A DNA stretch of 58,116 nt, the filler included, from Sphacelaria rigidula (taxonomy: Eukaryota), in NCBI GenBank assembly GCA_964200075.2. It is 8 parts of 8 records of this genome, joined end to end, with 100 filler letters (N's around TTAATTAATTAA, not from the genome) between each part and the next. Parts side by side here need not be neighbours in the genome. Positions count along the whole stretch, not along the records: positions 21,832 to 29,008 come from CAXNAA020016122.1; positions 29,109 to 36,285 come from CAXNAA020016123.1; positions 36,386 to 43,562 come from CAXNAA020016124.1; 5 more parts are not named here. The stretch is one strand, 5' to 3'. Every line of letters starts with the position of its first letter. The first letter of the stretch is position 1. This document shows, piece after piece, positions 24,801-36,752 of the stretch. The notes under the pieces were generated by a model. The model saw only the letters and a program-made list of their open reading frames with translations. It ran no database searches and had not been told where the DNA came from. Position numbers and translations under genes: made by a program.

Positions 24801-27800
24801 AAACACCTCAGGATCGATGTTTTTCGAAACCAATCGGGCCAGTCCCTGCAGGTACCACGCCCCTGACCCTAAGCCCAACACTAACCCTAACCCTAACCCT
24901 AACCCTTACCCTAACCCTAACCATGGGGATGTTCAAATTCCGATGCGGTCCTCTAAGCACGCGGCCCTCTCACGCATTACAGCCCTTATCCCCTACTCCC
25001 GTGTGAGCACAAGGTCGTCTGCACTACACTGTATTTCTTGGGACGAAAGAACAAGATGGAATGATCCCTCTAAATTCACGCCCGCGCAAACGATCTCTGC
25101 CACAACCCAAGTCATTGCCTCTCTTCGACGTCTGCGCATGCTATGCACTGCGTCACGCAGCCTCTACTCGCCAAGGACGCCGTTTTCATATCTGGCCACA
25201 AATGTCTCGGCGGTCCTGGCACTCCCGGCCTGCTCGTGTGCAAAAAAAAGCTGTTCATCAATTCATCGCCGGTGGTGCCCGGTGGCGGCACGGTCCAGTT
25301 CGTTACCCCAAGAGATCACACGTATCACACGTGAGTTCGGGGGCAACGCCACACAGTTGGTACGGAGCATGCCTGCGGATAGAGCGCGTGTAGCGTGAGT
25401 GATGCAGCACAGTATGTTTTACTCGCCGGATAAATGAAAATGTTCCGAACGCTATTTCAACAAAAGGACGGCGACGTCGTTTCTCAAAGACCAGACTTCA
25501 ATAACTAACCCTCTCACCCCAATTAACCAACCTCGAACAGCAATATCGAGGAGCGTGAGGAGGGGGGCACCCCGGAAATTCTCGGGGCCATTCGCTTGGG
25601 CCTAGTTTTCCAGCTGAAGGAGCGATTGGGAAGCTTAGAGGTGAGTCTCGTGAGGGGGCCGGGCCTATGTTTTGTAGACCAACACACAAGCCATGTTTTT
25701 CAAGTATGCTACTCATTAAGCAGACCCTAGGCTGAACGTGCAATGGTTTCAGATGTGGTCTGCCATCTGAAAATTGTGCCTGCTGCGTGTACGTTATACT
25801 TGGCGTCACCTGAAGATGACTTATTGACACAAGCCGAGTAATGGACACAAGCCGAGTGATTGACACAAGCCAAGTGATTGGCGCAAACGATGACTTTCTC
25901 ATGCGGTCGGGTTGGGTAGAAACTGTGAATGTTTCAGGTACCGGCTGCCTGATACTTTCGAATTGGGTGCCGTAAAGCGAGAGCGGGCTCCAGTGGACGG
26001 CGGCGACCCCGCGCAAGTCACGTGTTCATCGAGACTCGGAACGAAATAACCAAGCACAGCATCCAACACCCGCGCCTTCGATGTCTAATCACCAACAAAC
26101 ACCGGCGTTGTCTCGCAGGAACGGGAGGAATACCTTACTCATCTGGGGTTGTCTACTCTCAGGGCACACCGTCGGGTCGTTCTGGTTGGCGATACAGGCA
26201 GGAAACGCCTGCCGATTTTCTCCTTCCTTATCCGCCACGGCGACAGGTCAGTGGAGTTGGCGCAAGGCTTGACCCAAACAATAGATGGAGAAGTCATCCC
26301 AATATTTTACTGCGCGTCGATAGATGATCTTCGGTTCCACACGCTCCGAGTGCATGCGTGGGGGGCGTACATGATCTGAACCACAGCACGCAACAGCATA
26401 TCCCTTGCATGAAACAAAGTGTATAAAGCTGTGGAGTGCAGTCGGCGAGGACACCGCCATGGGACCGGTGCAGCATATTGTATGGTTGAGTCCCCGGTGC
26501 CCCGCGTCAAGGTAAAATGAGCAGGCCTCAATGTATCTGCCGCACGATGTATAGTATTCTCTAGTGTAACAGCCTGGGCACCTTTACCCCCCCTCAACGG
26601 CAGGTTCCTGCACCACAGCTTTGTGTGTAAGCTATTGAACGACCTGTTCGGGGTGCAAGCTCGGGCTGGATGCCAATGCGCGGCACCGTATCACATGAGA
26701 CTCCTGGGAATGCCCGCAAGCACGGTTCCGAAGGTTAAGCAGCAGGTGCTGGACGACGTTGGCATCATCAAACCTGGCTCTTGCCGCCTCAGCCTGTCGT
26801 TCTTCATGTCCGATGCCGAGGTACGTGAGGCGCCGTCAGCACGCGGGAAACTCTTCGCGAACGTAGTATGTATACATACATACACACATATATAGAGAGA
26901 GATATGTGCATGCCGTGTCTTGACCACCGACACGATCATATGGATGATCAAGTATGGCACCGACTCGTCATGTTGACTCTGTGGGCGTTCAGGTAAAGCG
27001 CCCCTTTAACGTAGACCGGCAATATATGCAACTACAGAAATTATGCTGCGGCAAAAAGCCGGGTCAAACTTATGATGCCTCAGTCGGCATGTTCGCTACC
27101 ATGTTCCCAGGGCGCGGCTTCAGGCACGCGACCCTAGTTACGCTTACACTGTGGAGTACCACGGCCGTAGGAACAAAGGCTACAGCGCCGGCAATAATCT
27201 AGCTCGTGAGAACCGTTTCCCCCGTCAATTGCCCACTTAGCCCCCTCCTTCCTACCATGGCAGGTTCAATACATCCTGGACGCCATCCTGTTCATCGCGG
27301 ACTACGGGGCCTGCTTCTTGTCCCAGTACGAGCCCGACATGACGACGGGCGAGTGGACTCACAAGGATTCAGTGGTCAACAGCCCCCCAAGGTGAGTGAA
27401 GCATCCAGGCCAGCAATGCTGTCCCAGGTACTATGGTGCAAAGTAGGCCTATTGTTGGGCCAATGATGGAGAGAGGAAAAATAGCAGGGAGCGCGCAGCA
27501 TACCATAGAGCGCAAATAGTGTCAAATCGACGGTGATAGTTTGTGCTCAAGGTTTTGGAACAGGCCGAAACTCATAGAACTCGGACTCATGAAGCGGTTA
27601 CTTACATGCTGCTGGAGTCGGAAAAGACGCCCGGTTCTCAGCACCGGCGAAGTGCGACTAGCGCGGCTACCCTGTCGTGGCCAAGCCGTTGCGGTAGTCG
27701 GGAAAGTTCAACGTTACTCGCTCGGGCGCTCTTTACACTTACAATCCAACATCCAGGATCACTCATCAGCGGCCGTCTTCGGTGGTGACCTCACCCTCAT

Positions 27801-29008
27801 CATGCTGTGACACGCCACACGAACTGCACAGTGTCCATCAAACGGGACCGCATACCTGTGCTTGGCTGTGCACGTTATAAGACCCTGTGGTATGAGGATG
27901 CGGAAATTGTGGCTCCTTGCTCAATCCCCGCCGACGCCAACTCACAACCGTTTCGTTCACTGCCCCCTGCGTAATAAACGCCATGTTTTCGAAGCAGGGA
28001 GCGCCTCGCGGATCTCACCTACGACCTCGACACCGCTGGAAACGGAAGACACGAGACTGGTCATGAAAAACAAACGCCCGAAGACCAGGGAATACTGAAA
28101 TATCTCACCGCCGACCGCTCGAACACGCCTTCCAAGCATGTCGGGTCTCACGAGATCGTCGACACCGTATTGACACCAAGCGAAGAGGACATGTTCGCAA
28201 CATACATGGAAGAGGCTAGCCGAGTCGCCTCCGACGTGTGCATGGCGCGCTCCCGGGCGTCACCAAAGCTCGCCAAAGGCACGTTGTCGTCGAAGAAACA
28301 GGCGAAGATGGGAATGCCGGGGAGAAGACACCAGCCTGCTGCACGGTGGGTGCTGTAGATGATACCGTAAAATGTTGGAAAATAAACGACGATGTACATT
28401 CCTTCGATGCGCCACCAGTACTTGATGTATCAAAGCACGGTGCACCTTCCGCACACACCGCGTGGGTGCATATCACTGGCTGTTGAGGTGGTTTGATAAT
28501 TCCTGCCGTTGTGGTTCTCGTTTGAGGACGGTGCGACACGATCGTTACAGTATACACAGTTTTCTGAACGTGACCCGTGCAACCCCGGGACACGTTGCTA
28601 CCAGCATCTTGCATGGTGGAGGACTGAGTTAATTCGAATGAGCGAAGCCATTGAAGGAGTGATAGACGATTTTGTCAGATACCCGTAATAAAAAATTGCT
28701 ACGCAACCAATCAAGCGGAGTGGTTCTGCAAGTTCAATCCACAACCCTACCGTGCCACTTCAACGAGGTGATCCCGGAAGTTTAATCCACAATCCTTCCG
28801 TACCACTTTGCTCCCAGGCCCTCCCTTGCCAACTTCAGCGGCAAAAGATCCGCGAAAGCGACGCTCAGCGATACGGCGGAGGCCTTGCGCTGGTTTGCCC
28901 TCCCGCTGGATCTCAAGTCGACCAGAATCATGCCCAAGGGAAGCCGCGCGAAGCCCACCCGTCCGGTCATCACTCCCAAGGTCTACGGGCATGGCGCCAA
29001 GCGGGTCG
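21832..29008 (+). CDS. Class-V PLP-dependent aminotransferase (SufS/cysteine desulfurase/selenocysteine lyase-like), partial, 11 exons
   Basis: Phase-compatible GT-AG exons: <21832-21978, 22299-22429, 23740-23903, 24479-24642, 25161-25330, 25541-25640, 26119-26246, 26604-26820, 27264-27391, 27998-28345, 28818->29008. Motifs YGNTHT, FTGSGTT, EHHSNILPW, SNLTG, WDYATAAPY, SGHK (PLP Lys), PGGGTV, EEGGTP, RAGCQCA, LRWF. Confidence 0.93.
23213..23328. repeat. Intronic near-perfect hairpin (~53-bp arms, 10-nt loop)
   Basis: CCGCACGGATGGCC...GTTACAGAC / GTCTGCAAC...GGCCATCCGTGCGG with one mismatch. Confidence 0.9.
23395..23617. mobile_element. Ginger-like MITE carrying (CCCTAA)n, copy 1
   Basis: TGT...ACA termini, ~37-bp TIR TGTAATGCGTGAGAGGACCGCGTGCTT, 4-bp TSD CCGT, internal CCCTAA array ~23508-23558. 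Confidence 0.85.
24769..24981. mobile_element. Ginger-like MITE carrying (CCCTAA)n, copy 2
   Basis: Same element with a short deletion in the left TIR; 5-bp TSD GCCCT (24764-24768, 24982-24986). Confidence 0.85.
25826..25880. repeat. 18-bp tandem repeat x3 in intron
   Basis: GACACAAGCCRAGTRATK three times. Confidence 0.8.
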
Positions 29009-29142
29009 NNNNNNNNNNNNNNNNNNNNNNNNNNNNNNNNNNNNNNNNNNNNTTAATTAATTAANNNNNNNNNNNNNNNNNNNNNNNNNNNNNNNNNNNN
29101 NNNNNNNNCCCCCCCGACCATGACCACAGAACATATACACAT

Positions 29143-29189
29143 GCGAGGTCAATGGTCTGATGACTATGGCAGGCATGATCATGAGTACA
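29143..29189 (+). mobile_element. Short poly(C)-site insertion (47 bp)
   Basis: GCGAGGTCAATGG...ATGAGTACA flanked by a ~34-bp duplication Cn-ACCATGACCACAGAACATATACACAT (29109-29142, 29190-29224). Confidence 0.75.
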
Positions 29190-29823
29190 CCCCCCCCCAC
29201 CATGACCACAGAACATATACACATCGGACCCCAGAAATTTGGTTATCGGATTTCAATCTTGTATGGCATGCAGAAATTGGTGATAGCTATCGGCACGTGA
29301 AGGGATGCAGGCATATTACGAAAAAAAATTATCCACATATATGAAGATTGTAATAAACCGACTTATCATCGTCAATGAAAACCGTTGTCCTCAATTTTCG
29401 CGATCGGTTGTTATCACACCAAATATTCGTGGCGGTTCGCCCGCTGTGCAGAGCGCTATGAACGCCGCCTCACGACTGCAGTCCACGCGCGTGTGGTGGT
29501 CGTGTTGCACAGCATTCCATAAGGTTCTCTGCAACACCGCATTTTGATCATCATTTTCGCTTCATTAGTCGTTCGTTCCACTATTATAGTATCACACATT
29601 ATCTTGAGATACAACCGGCGATTCGCCCAAGGGTGTCGCCGGATGACCCGCCGTAGACGTCTGCACACAAGGGCGCACTGCATCAGGCACTCTACAACGT
29701 CCCCATCAACCCTACGCACGGGTTATAACTTCCGTCCGCTGAAGATAACTCCCACGGTTACACACACACATATATATATATATATGTTATATACCTACGC
29801 GACTCATCTGCAAGAAACATGTC

Positions 29824-32800
29824 TACGACTTTCGAGACAGGTGCAATCGAAACGCGAATTCGTCGTCGTAGTCTTTGCCCGCTTCCGATGCCGAATCCTC
29901 TTCCTCTGAGTCGCTATACTCGGAGTCTGAATCTCCAAGCCAGATCCCGGCTCAATGCTTCGATCTGCCCTCTGGCGGACCATCTAGACCGCCGTCGCAA
30001 CAACTGCGACTCGTAGGATCTGGTCCCGGATCCAATTTCCCTCCCGCTACACTCGTCGGCCGCACTCCTCACCACGACTACTATGAACACCTGCCCCCGG
30101 GGCCTTCCTCGCTCCATTCGCCTGCCCCCCGCCACGCAACGCCGCTGACCCGCCCCTTCCACGGTTCGCCGTGGATCCGGCCCTCCCCTTACGACGTCGG
30201 CGGGACGTATCGACATTTCCTCCGGCGGAATCACCTGTAGCAGTAGCGTCGGCCGCTGGGTCAGGGCGTGGCGCCGGTTGCATGAAGAGTTACTTGAACA
30301 CCTGCGGCTCCCTCTGCATCATCGGTGTCGCCTGGTGGGGGAAGTCGAGGATGAGAGCACACGGGCGCGGATGATGTGGGGTATACACTCCGTTAGACAT
30401 TTGTCCACCCTCACACCTTCAACCCATGCCACTCTGCGAGGTGCGCACGTCGCACCATGGAATACCTCCCGCTGCGCGCGAGATTTAATCTTGCATCGGA
30501 AATAGGAGAAGCACTCGTGCATTCCCTGAAATGTTTCCACAAATTCTTCTTCTCCTAATCTCTTGCTCGTGAATTGTTTACGATGCATTCTCAGTACCGG
30601 GTAATAAACGCAGCAACGGCATCTCTAGGGCTTTCGAATCTGCACCTTGCCAACCTACCCGGTACGAGCAAATACACTTGGATTACCCGTGCGCGGCGTC
30701 CGCGCGAAATTATGTCATCACCTAACCCTAACCCTGGCTCAAGTGCAAACAGCCTGATGTTGATGCGAGCTCAGCTCCAAGATCTAAATATTATCATGCC
30801 AGACGCAATACTGCGCTCCACGCACAGGTGCGTGATCTCGCCATCTTTCGACACTAATATCCCGACCAACTACTGAGCATCCCAAAATTGCCGACTCTGT
30901 TCACCTGTCTGAGTTCGATCTCCAAGCAAGTTTCGATGTGGCCACCGCGCAACGGAATGCTGCATCGTCGAATACCGAGAGGAAACGCTCCCATTGCTCA
31001 CCATCCCTGTGCCAGGAGGGTCCCGTCGTGATGTCCGCGGCGACCAGATTACCTTGCCGGCGGTGCGCGTGCATGAGCGATGGATGCCCAGGCACAATCT
31101 CCACGACCACGCAGGTGGCCGCTATAGTACTTACATGTGCCCCGACCCCCGTGACACTCGTCGTCGGCCGAAAATCGCAGTTGTCCCAAGGAATCGCAGC
31201 GACCCACAATGCGAGGGCCGTGACATGTCTGTCCATCCTCCACTTCACGTAGAACTGTTCCCGCTTGTACCGCATCGACTCTGTCATGCAGAATCCATGG
31301 GCGGCTACGTAGCCGATGACAGCCACGGTTGTGCCGTGCGTTTTCAACACCTGCGCCAGATGGAAGTCGTGCATTGCTCGAAAACCTCGGCCTATAACAG
31401 TTTTGACGAGGTTTTGCACGAGCATGTACAGTCTCCCAATCCGCCTCTTCCTCTTCTTCATCTTCTTGCGCAGCGCCTTTTCCCGCGGGGTCGATCCGTG
31501 TGTTCTTGCGCTGGCGCGGAACATCGCCGATCCCCCTTGAGCTGCGCCCCCGTGTTCCTGTTGCGCCGTTCCACCACTAGACCCGCCTGCGGTGCCCATC
31601 AAACCCGCCCGCCATCCCGCGCCGCCGACATGTCGACATCATCCGCCCCAGCGGTGCGAGGCGCGTGAACAGAATCCCCTCACCTACCGCTCCTTGCTTC
31701 ATCCACTGTCGGAAAAAGCAAGTCCGGATCATCACTCGATACTTGCAAATGGCACAGACTGCTCAGCAATGCCAACAGTGCCGGCGGCGTTTCATCCGTT
31801 AGAAATTGATTCATGGGTCTAATATTCCTCGATATGTCCGCGGCGTATTGTTGGTCCCTATCCCCCGATACGTTCCTCAGTTCGTGTGCACTTTCGATGT
31901 CCACCCTGACGATAGACCCAGCCGCTATGACCACGGCCCGTTTATCCTCCTCCGAACCGGCCGCTGTCACCCGCTGGAGTGCGTGTTCAATAGGCTGACC
32001 AGCCTTGATCTCGGCGGTGAGGCGGGAGACAGAACGCTCCAACTCTCGTACCCTCGTACGCATGTTGCGCAGTTGAACGTCGGCCGCAATGGCTCCCTCG
32101 GGCGCCACCACCGAAGGAACGAGATAGATGAACTTGCGTCGCCCATCGCATACAGCCGCATCAACCCCGCTTCTCTTCTCAAGCTTGGCGTCGACTGCGC
32201 CATCCGCGGCCACTGCATCGACAATTCTCAGCGCTTGCTCCCTGGTGCGCTTGTCTAGAACAGCCCGGGCGTTCACTGCGGTTCTGGCTTCGGTCAACCA
32301 GGATTGAACATCCTCCACTCCCACTTAACGCCCCTCCTCAACGGTCGCAATCACTTTTCGGCGTACCTCTGCAACAAAGCCCGGCTCGGCAGAGGTAGGG
32401 GGGGTGTCAAACCGACAGTCACGGGTGTGCAGCTAACCGGAGGAAGGGAATTTGCCTTCCGTCTAGTACTCGTTATCCTGTGTCGATCCATGGATCGCCA
32501 CCAACAATCATGCCGGCTACACAAGCAATCTGAAGTCGGTTGATAGTTTTTCACAAGCGCAGCCGTGCGTGCACCGTCATCATCCGCACACGACTCCAGA
32601 AATTGCCGAGTCTCCGTGATTCGCGCCGCGCCAAGATGACGCCAGATATTGCTTTCCCCGGGCCCTGGTCGATAGCAGGCGAAGCACAGTCGCGTTGCCG
32701 GGTCGTGTACCTGACCGCAAGAAGAGCACGTGTTGCATTGCTCGTCGAAGACGGGGAACTGCATGCCACACACATCACGATTGCAAACCGGCTTACGTGC

Positions 32801-34002
32801 TTTCCCCCTCCTCACTCCACTAACCGGGGTAGGCCCTGCCGGCGCAGCACGCACCCCCCTGCAGCTACCATGATTCCCAGAGAGACTTTGAAAACTACTG
32901 CGTCGCGTCGTCAAGCTCCCTCTTTCACCGCGCGCGCGATGTTCACCATGATCAGTATCGGGAGGTGTTGCCCCGCGGTCGGGATGCATCATTAGCTCGC
33001 TGGCAGCCCCGTTCGTAGGCGCCGGCGCTACCTGCTCTTGCTCCGAACCCGCGCAAGATGAGCTGCCGACACCAACTCTGCATTGGTCGACCCCAGTGGC
33101 GGCAGCATATGTAGCCTTCTTTTTTTTCCGCTTCGATTTTGACGCCGGCGCGCCTGCACGAGTTGGTCGCGAGGTGCATGGTGAGCCTGGTCGCTTGTTA
33201 CGGTGTCCCGACGGCGTGGAAACCTCCCCCGGTGAGCCCCGAGTAGGACCCCGTCTTGAGTTGTATGGGGATACGGACATCGGCATTTCCTCGGAAGATT
33301 GTATTGCCAGCAGCTGATCCTCCCTTACGCCGTTTCTGTGCTGCAACGCCGCCTGCTGTTGTTCATGCCACGCTCCCCATACGGTGTCAACCTCCGGCTT
33401 ATTCGCCGCGGTTCTCTTCCGCCTCGATGCATGTGCGTCAGCATGTGGTGGTGTGCCCGTGCCGGATTTGGGCGGTGTACGTCTTTTCTTGGCCTTGGCC
33501 GATGGAGTTGAATTTTGTACCTCCGGGGCCCTACCACCGGCAGCTCTCCCGATTTCACGGGGGGTATTACCCACTTCCTTGAGAGGTACTGTCGGCGGAT
33601 TCCGTGGTAACACCTCCCGTACATTGTTTTCTGAGGCCGAGGTGATGGAAACTTCACGAGTCGCGCCTTCCCCGGCCGATCGAAATTTGAAGTTACTGCC
33701 TTCTGCACTCGGATGGTCATTGCACCCCTCCAACCCCTGCTTTTCTACAGATGCGCCATCACTGGATGCGAAGGACGCCTCCGGCGCACTGAACAGCACA
33801 GTCGCTGTATCTTTTCCGTAGGAGCGGGAGCTCAGCCACTTTTGCGGTTTGACTCGTTCGACGGTGTGACCCTCGGCAATGTCCTTCACATTTTCCACCG
33901 GTGCTGCACATTCGGAGGGCGTCAGGGGAGATCCACTTTCAACCGCGGATGTGGCATGTGTCGGTCGGGATGAAGGCGACAGTGGTGCAGACACTTCATT
34001 AC
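29824..34002 (-). pseudogene. Frameshifted large transposon-like gene: low-complexity N-terminus, Cys-rich domain, Academ/DUF6589-like transposase segment, acidic tail
   Basis: Consecutive ORFs 33994-32351, 32324-31680 and 31602-30901 in three different frames; acceptor at ~34003; CxxxxC...CxxCxxC...CxxC cluster; LAQVLKTHGTT...HGFCMT...WDNCDF resembles the DNxDF catalytic-Asp region (from memory, not searched). Confidence 0.5.
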
Positions 34003-36153
34003 CTGCCCGGAATAGACGGGAAAATGATAGATTGACCCAACGTATCAGTCATGCAGTCTTATTCGTTTTTTGATTGCAGAAGACACGGGTTCGTGTGAAG
34101 TGATGATATCCCGGAACGTAGGCATCGTCAATTTAGTTCAAATATCACAGTCATCAGCGGGAACAAGAGGAAAGCAGTCAGATGAGGTAGGTCTTCAGCA
34201 CCTCTATTTCGCACGGTAATAGTGCACGAGGGATGTCGGGGTGCTCTTACCTCGAGACCGATTGCGGTGCCGTATCTCACGTTCGGTCTGCCCCGGCCGG
34301 CGTCTCAAAAGTGCTCCAGACGTTGCACCCCAACTGTGAGTCTTGGGTATCTTCCACATCTACGGTCAGCGAATGCGCGGGGGAGTGGATGCGTGTAGGA
34401 TCGCACGTCAATTATTTTTATTACGGATGTCTTCAATCGTGCGGTTATCGTGCTGTACTGTCAAACGATAACGGGGCTTGGGCTGGCGCACCATATGCGA
34501 CTGTTGGGTAGGTATTGCGAAAGGCATTTGCTGATGACACAATTTTGGGTGAGAAGCGTAAACCAACCTGCAGGGTGTAGGCGACGAACGGCCCTTGAGC
34601 AGTTTAAAACGTGAAATCATGCCGTGTCAGAGAACTCGATGAGAGGACGCGGTATTCAGAGGCGATAACAAAAGCACCTGATGGTGTATTGCTGGATAGT
34701 ACTTTGGAACACTGCCCACCGTGTCCATCCAAAGGTGCAATATACTGCGTGCTTCCGTCGTTCGATATACACTTGACGAGGTACGTTCCAGTAAAACGTT
34801 CAGTGGTGTTCGTATTAGCCCCTTGTGATGTGATAGGGGTGAAATCCCCTTGTGAAGGGTGTAATGGTGTTCACCAACATTGTTCCAAGGTTTAGACCTC
34901 TGGGTGCGTCGTTGGTTTACTCAGCTCAGCAGCGCAGGCTGACCACACTCGCTCTCGTGTTGCTTTCACATAAGGAGACAACAAGCAAATAATGCAGACC
35001 AAAATAGCACTTTTATCACGCAATTGATTGTATCCAAATTCATCTACAGAACAGGGAGATACAACGCAAATCGATTTAAGCCAACACCGAAATCAATAAA
35101 ACACACCAGACAAAACAGCAGCCCGACTACTGCTCTTGTCTCTGGGACTCACTTTCTCGCGGTTTGTAGATACTCCAACGAGGAACTGTTGGGTCGCAGC
35201 CGAAACCGGGAATGAAAAGAGAGTGGCGTCGTAGGGGCTGCTATTTCGAACGTGTTTCGCCGCCCCCCCTTAAATCAACATAAGCTAACGTCATATCATA
35301 AAATCCCAAAGCCGTGCTCCTCTATTCATGCCGTGGTTGGGTCACCACCTTTTTTTCGATTTCAAATACATGCTCTTCGTAGAACGTCAACCTCAAGGGG
35401 CAGCGAAGTCTCCGCTAATTGAACATGAAAATGTCCATCATCCAACGTCACCTTTGCCCAAGATCATGGCTACGTCCTGCAGTCACATCACATCACACCC
35501 TGAATATGTCTCCTTGCTTCTTTTCCCTGACACCATATATATGGTTTCGTGTTTCGGGTCGGTCAAGTGCCGCTTGCCGCTTACATCCTGTTGGCAACGC
35601 GCGCGTAGCACTCAGGTGGCGAAAATGAAGACAAATATCATCATTGACTCGATTGTTTTTTTAACGGAGAATATTTTCCATACAGAAGAGGCTTGTTCGA
35701 TTCCTTCTGTGAGTATATGTGGTTACTTCGGACCATCGCTTTGTGAATGGGTCTCGTTGATTGGGAACGAGAACCCGTTCCGCGTACACCTCTTAGCGGA
35801 CAAACTATTTGGCTCCTGTATGAATGAAGTGTTGCGTATCAAGTGTTGTCCGTTCTTTTTCAGTGGATGCCAATCACACCTAGGGTTTTTTTTTCGTACG
35901 CTCGTGAAAGAGTCATCCTACGGTAGGGGAGGGGGGGGCATTCTGGGCCACTTCTTACACGAAATTCCAAGACAAATCGCCGCTGAAATCAGCAACGGTT
36001 GCTCGAACTAGCTTGTTATAGATACATAACGCTAATTCATACCGATTGACACCGTTTTGAACCAAATACCAGCGCATCGCGAGTGTTCCAGGTCATCTGA
36101 CACGCTTTTCAGCCTTTTTTTTCGTGCAATCAATTCCCCCCCCCCCTATGCTG

Positions 36154-36193
36154 CAATGGTCTGATGACTATGGCAAGCATGATCATGAGTACA
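36154..36193 (+). mobile_element. Short poly(C)-site insertion (40 bp)
   Basis: CAATGGTCTGATGAC...ATGAGTACA flanked by a perfect 10-bp duplication CCCTATGCTG (36144-36153, 36194-36203) at a C11 run. Confidence 0.75.
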
Positions 36194-36385
36194 CCCTATG
36201 CTGGTAGAGAAAGAGATTGCCAGCTATAGTTGATAGGGCTATATGGAAGAAAAGTACGATAGTGCAGGCTGGAGTAAGGTGGGATNNNNNNNNNNNNNNN
36301 NNNNNNNNNNNNNNNNNNNNNNNNNNNNNTTAATTAATTAANNNNNNNNNNNNNNNNNNNNNNNNNNNNNNNNNNNNNNNNNNNN

Positions 36386-36472
36386 GCCCGATTGGCGTGG
36401 GAACACATCGATCCTGAGGTGTTTTGAACTACGACGCGGTCCTCTAAGCACGCGGTCCTCTCACGCATTACA
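36386..36472 (-). mobile_element. Ginger-like MITE, copy 3 (cut by fragment edge)
   Basis: Reverse complement of the left ~87 bp of 23395-23617, ending CGCATTACA. Confidence 0.8.
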
Positions 36473-36752
36473 GTCGGTACATCAGTCGCCGTGGCTTTCT
36501 CAAAACAAAACAAACAATTAAGGGGAGGAACCCGGCCATCCGAGCAAAACCCCCTCCCCTCAACAGCTTGTGCTCCATCTAGATAATCCATGGACGCCGG
36601 TCAAGGCAGATACACGTCATGTCAGGAAACGCCCTGCAAAATACATGCCCCTTCAAGTAGCGTGGGTGGCTTAACCCAAAATGCGCATAGATGCATCACT
36701 GAAACACCTGAAAATACCCGGCGCTAGCACAATGGTACACACAAAAACGTAC

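Noticed and set aside
29157-29163. CTGATGA as a hammerhead ribozyme core
   Set aside because: No downstream stem II-GAAA-stem III, and the motif is not conserved in the other subtype.
29150-36197. Direct repeats at both ends of fragment 5 as LTR-like termini of the 7-kb transposase region
   Set aside because: Each copy has its own different TSD and 5' extent, and homologues occur alone elsewhere.
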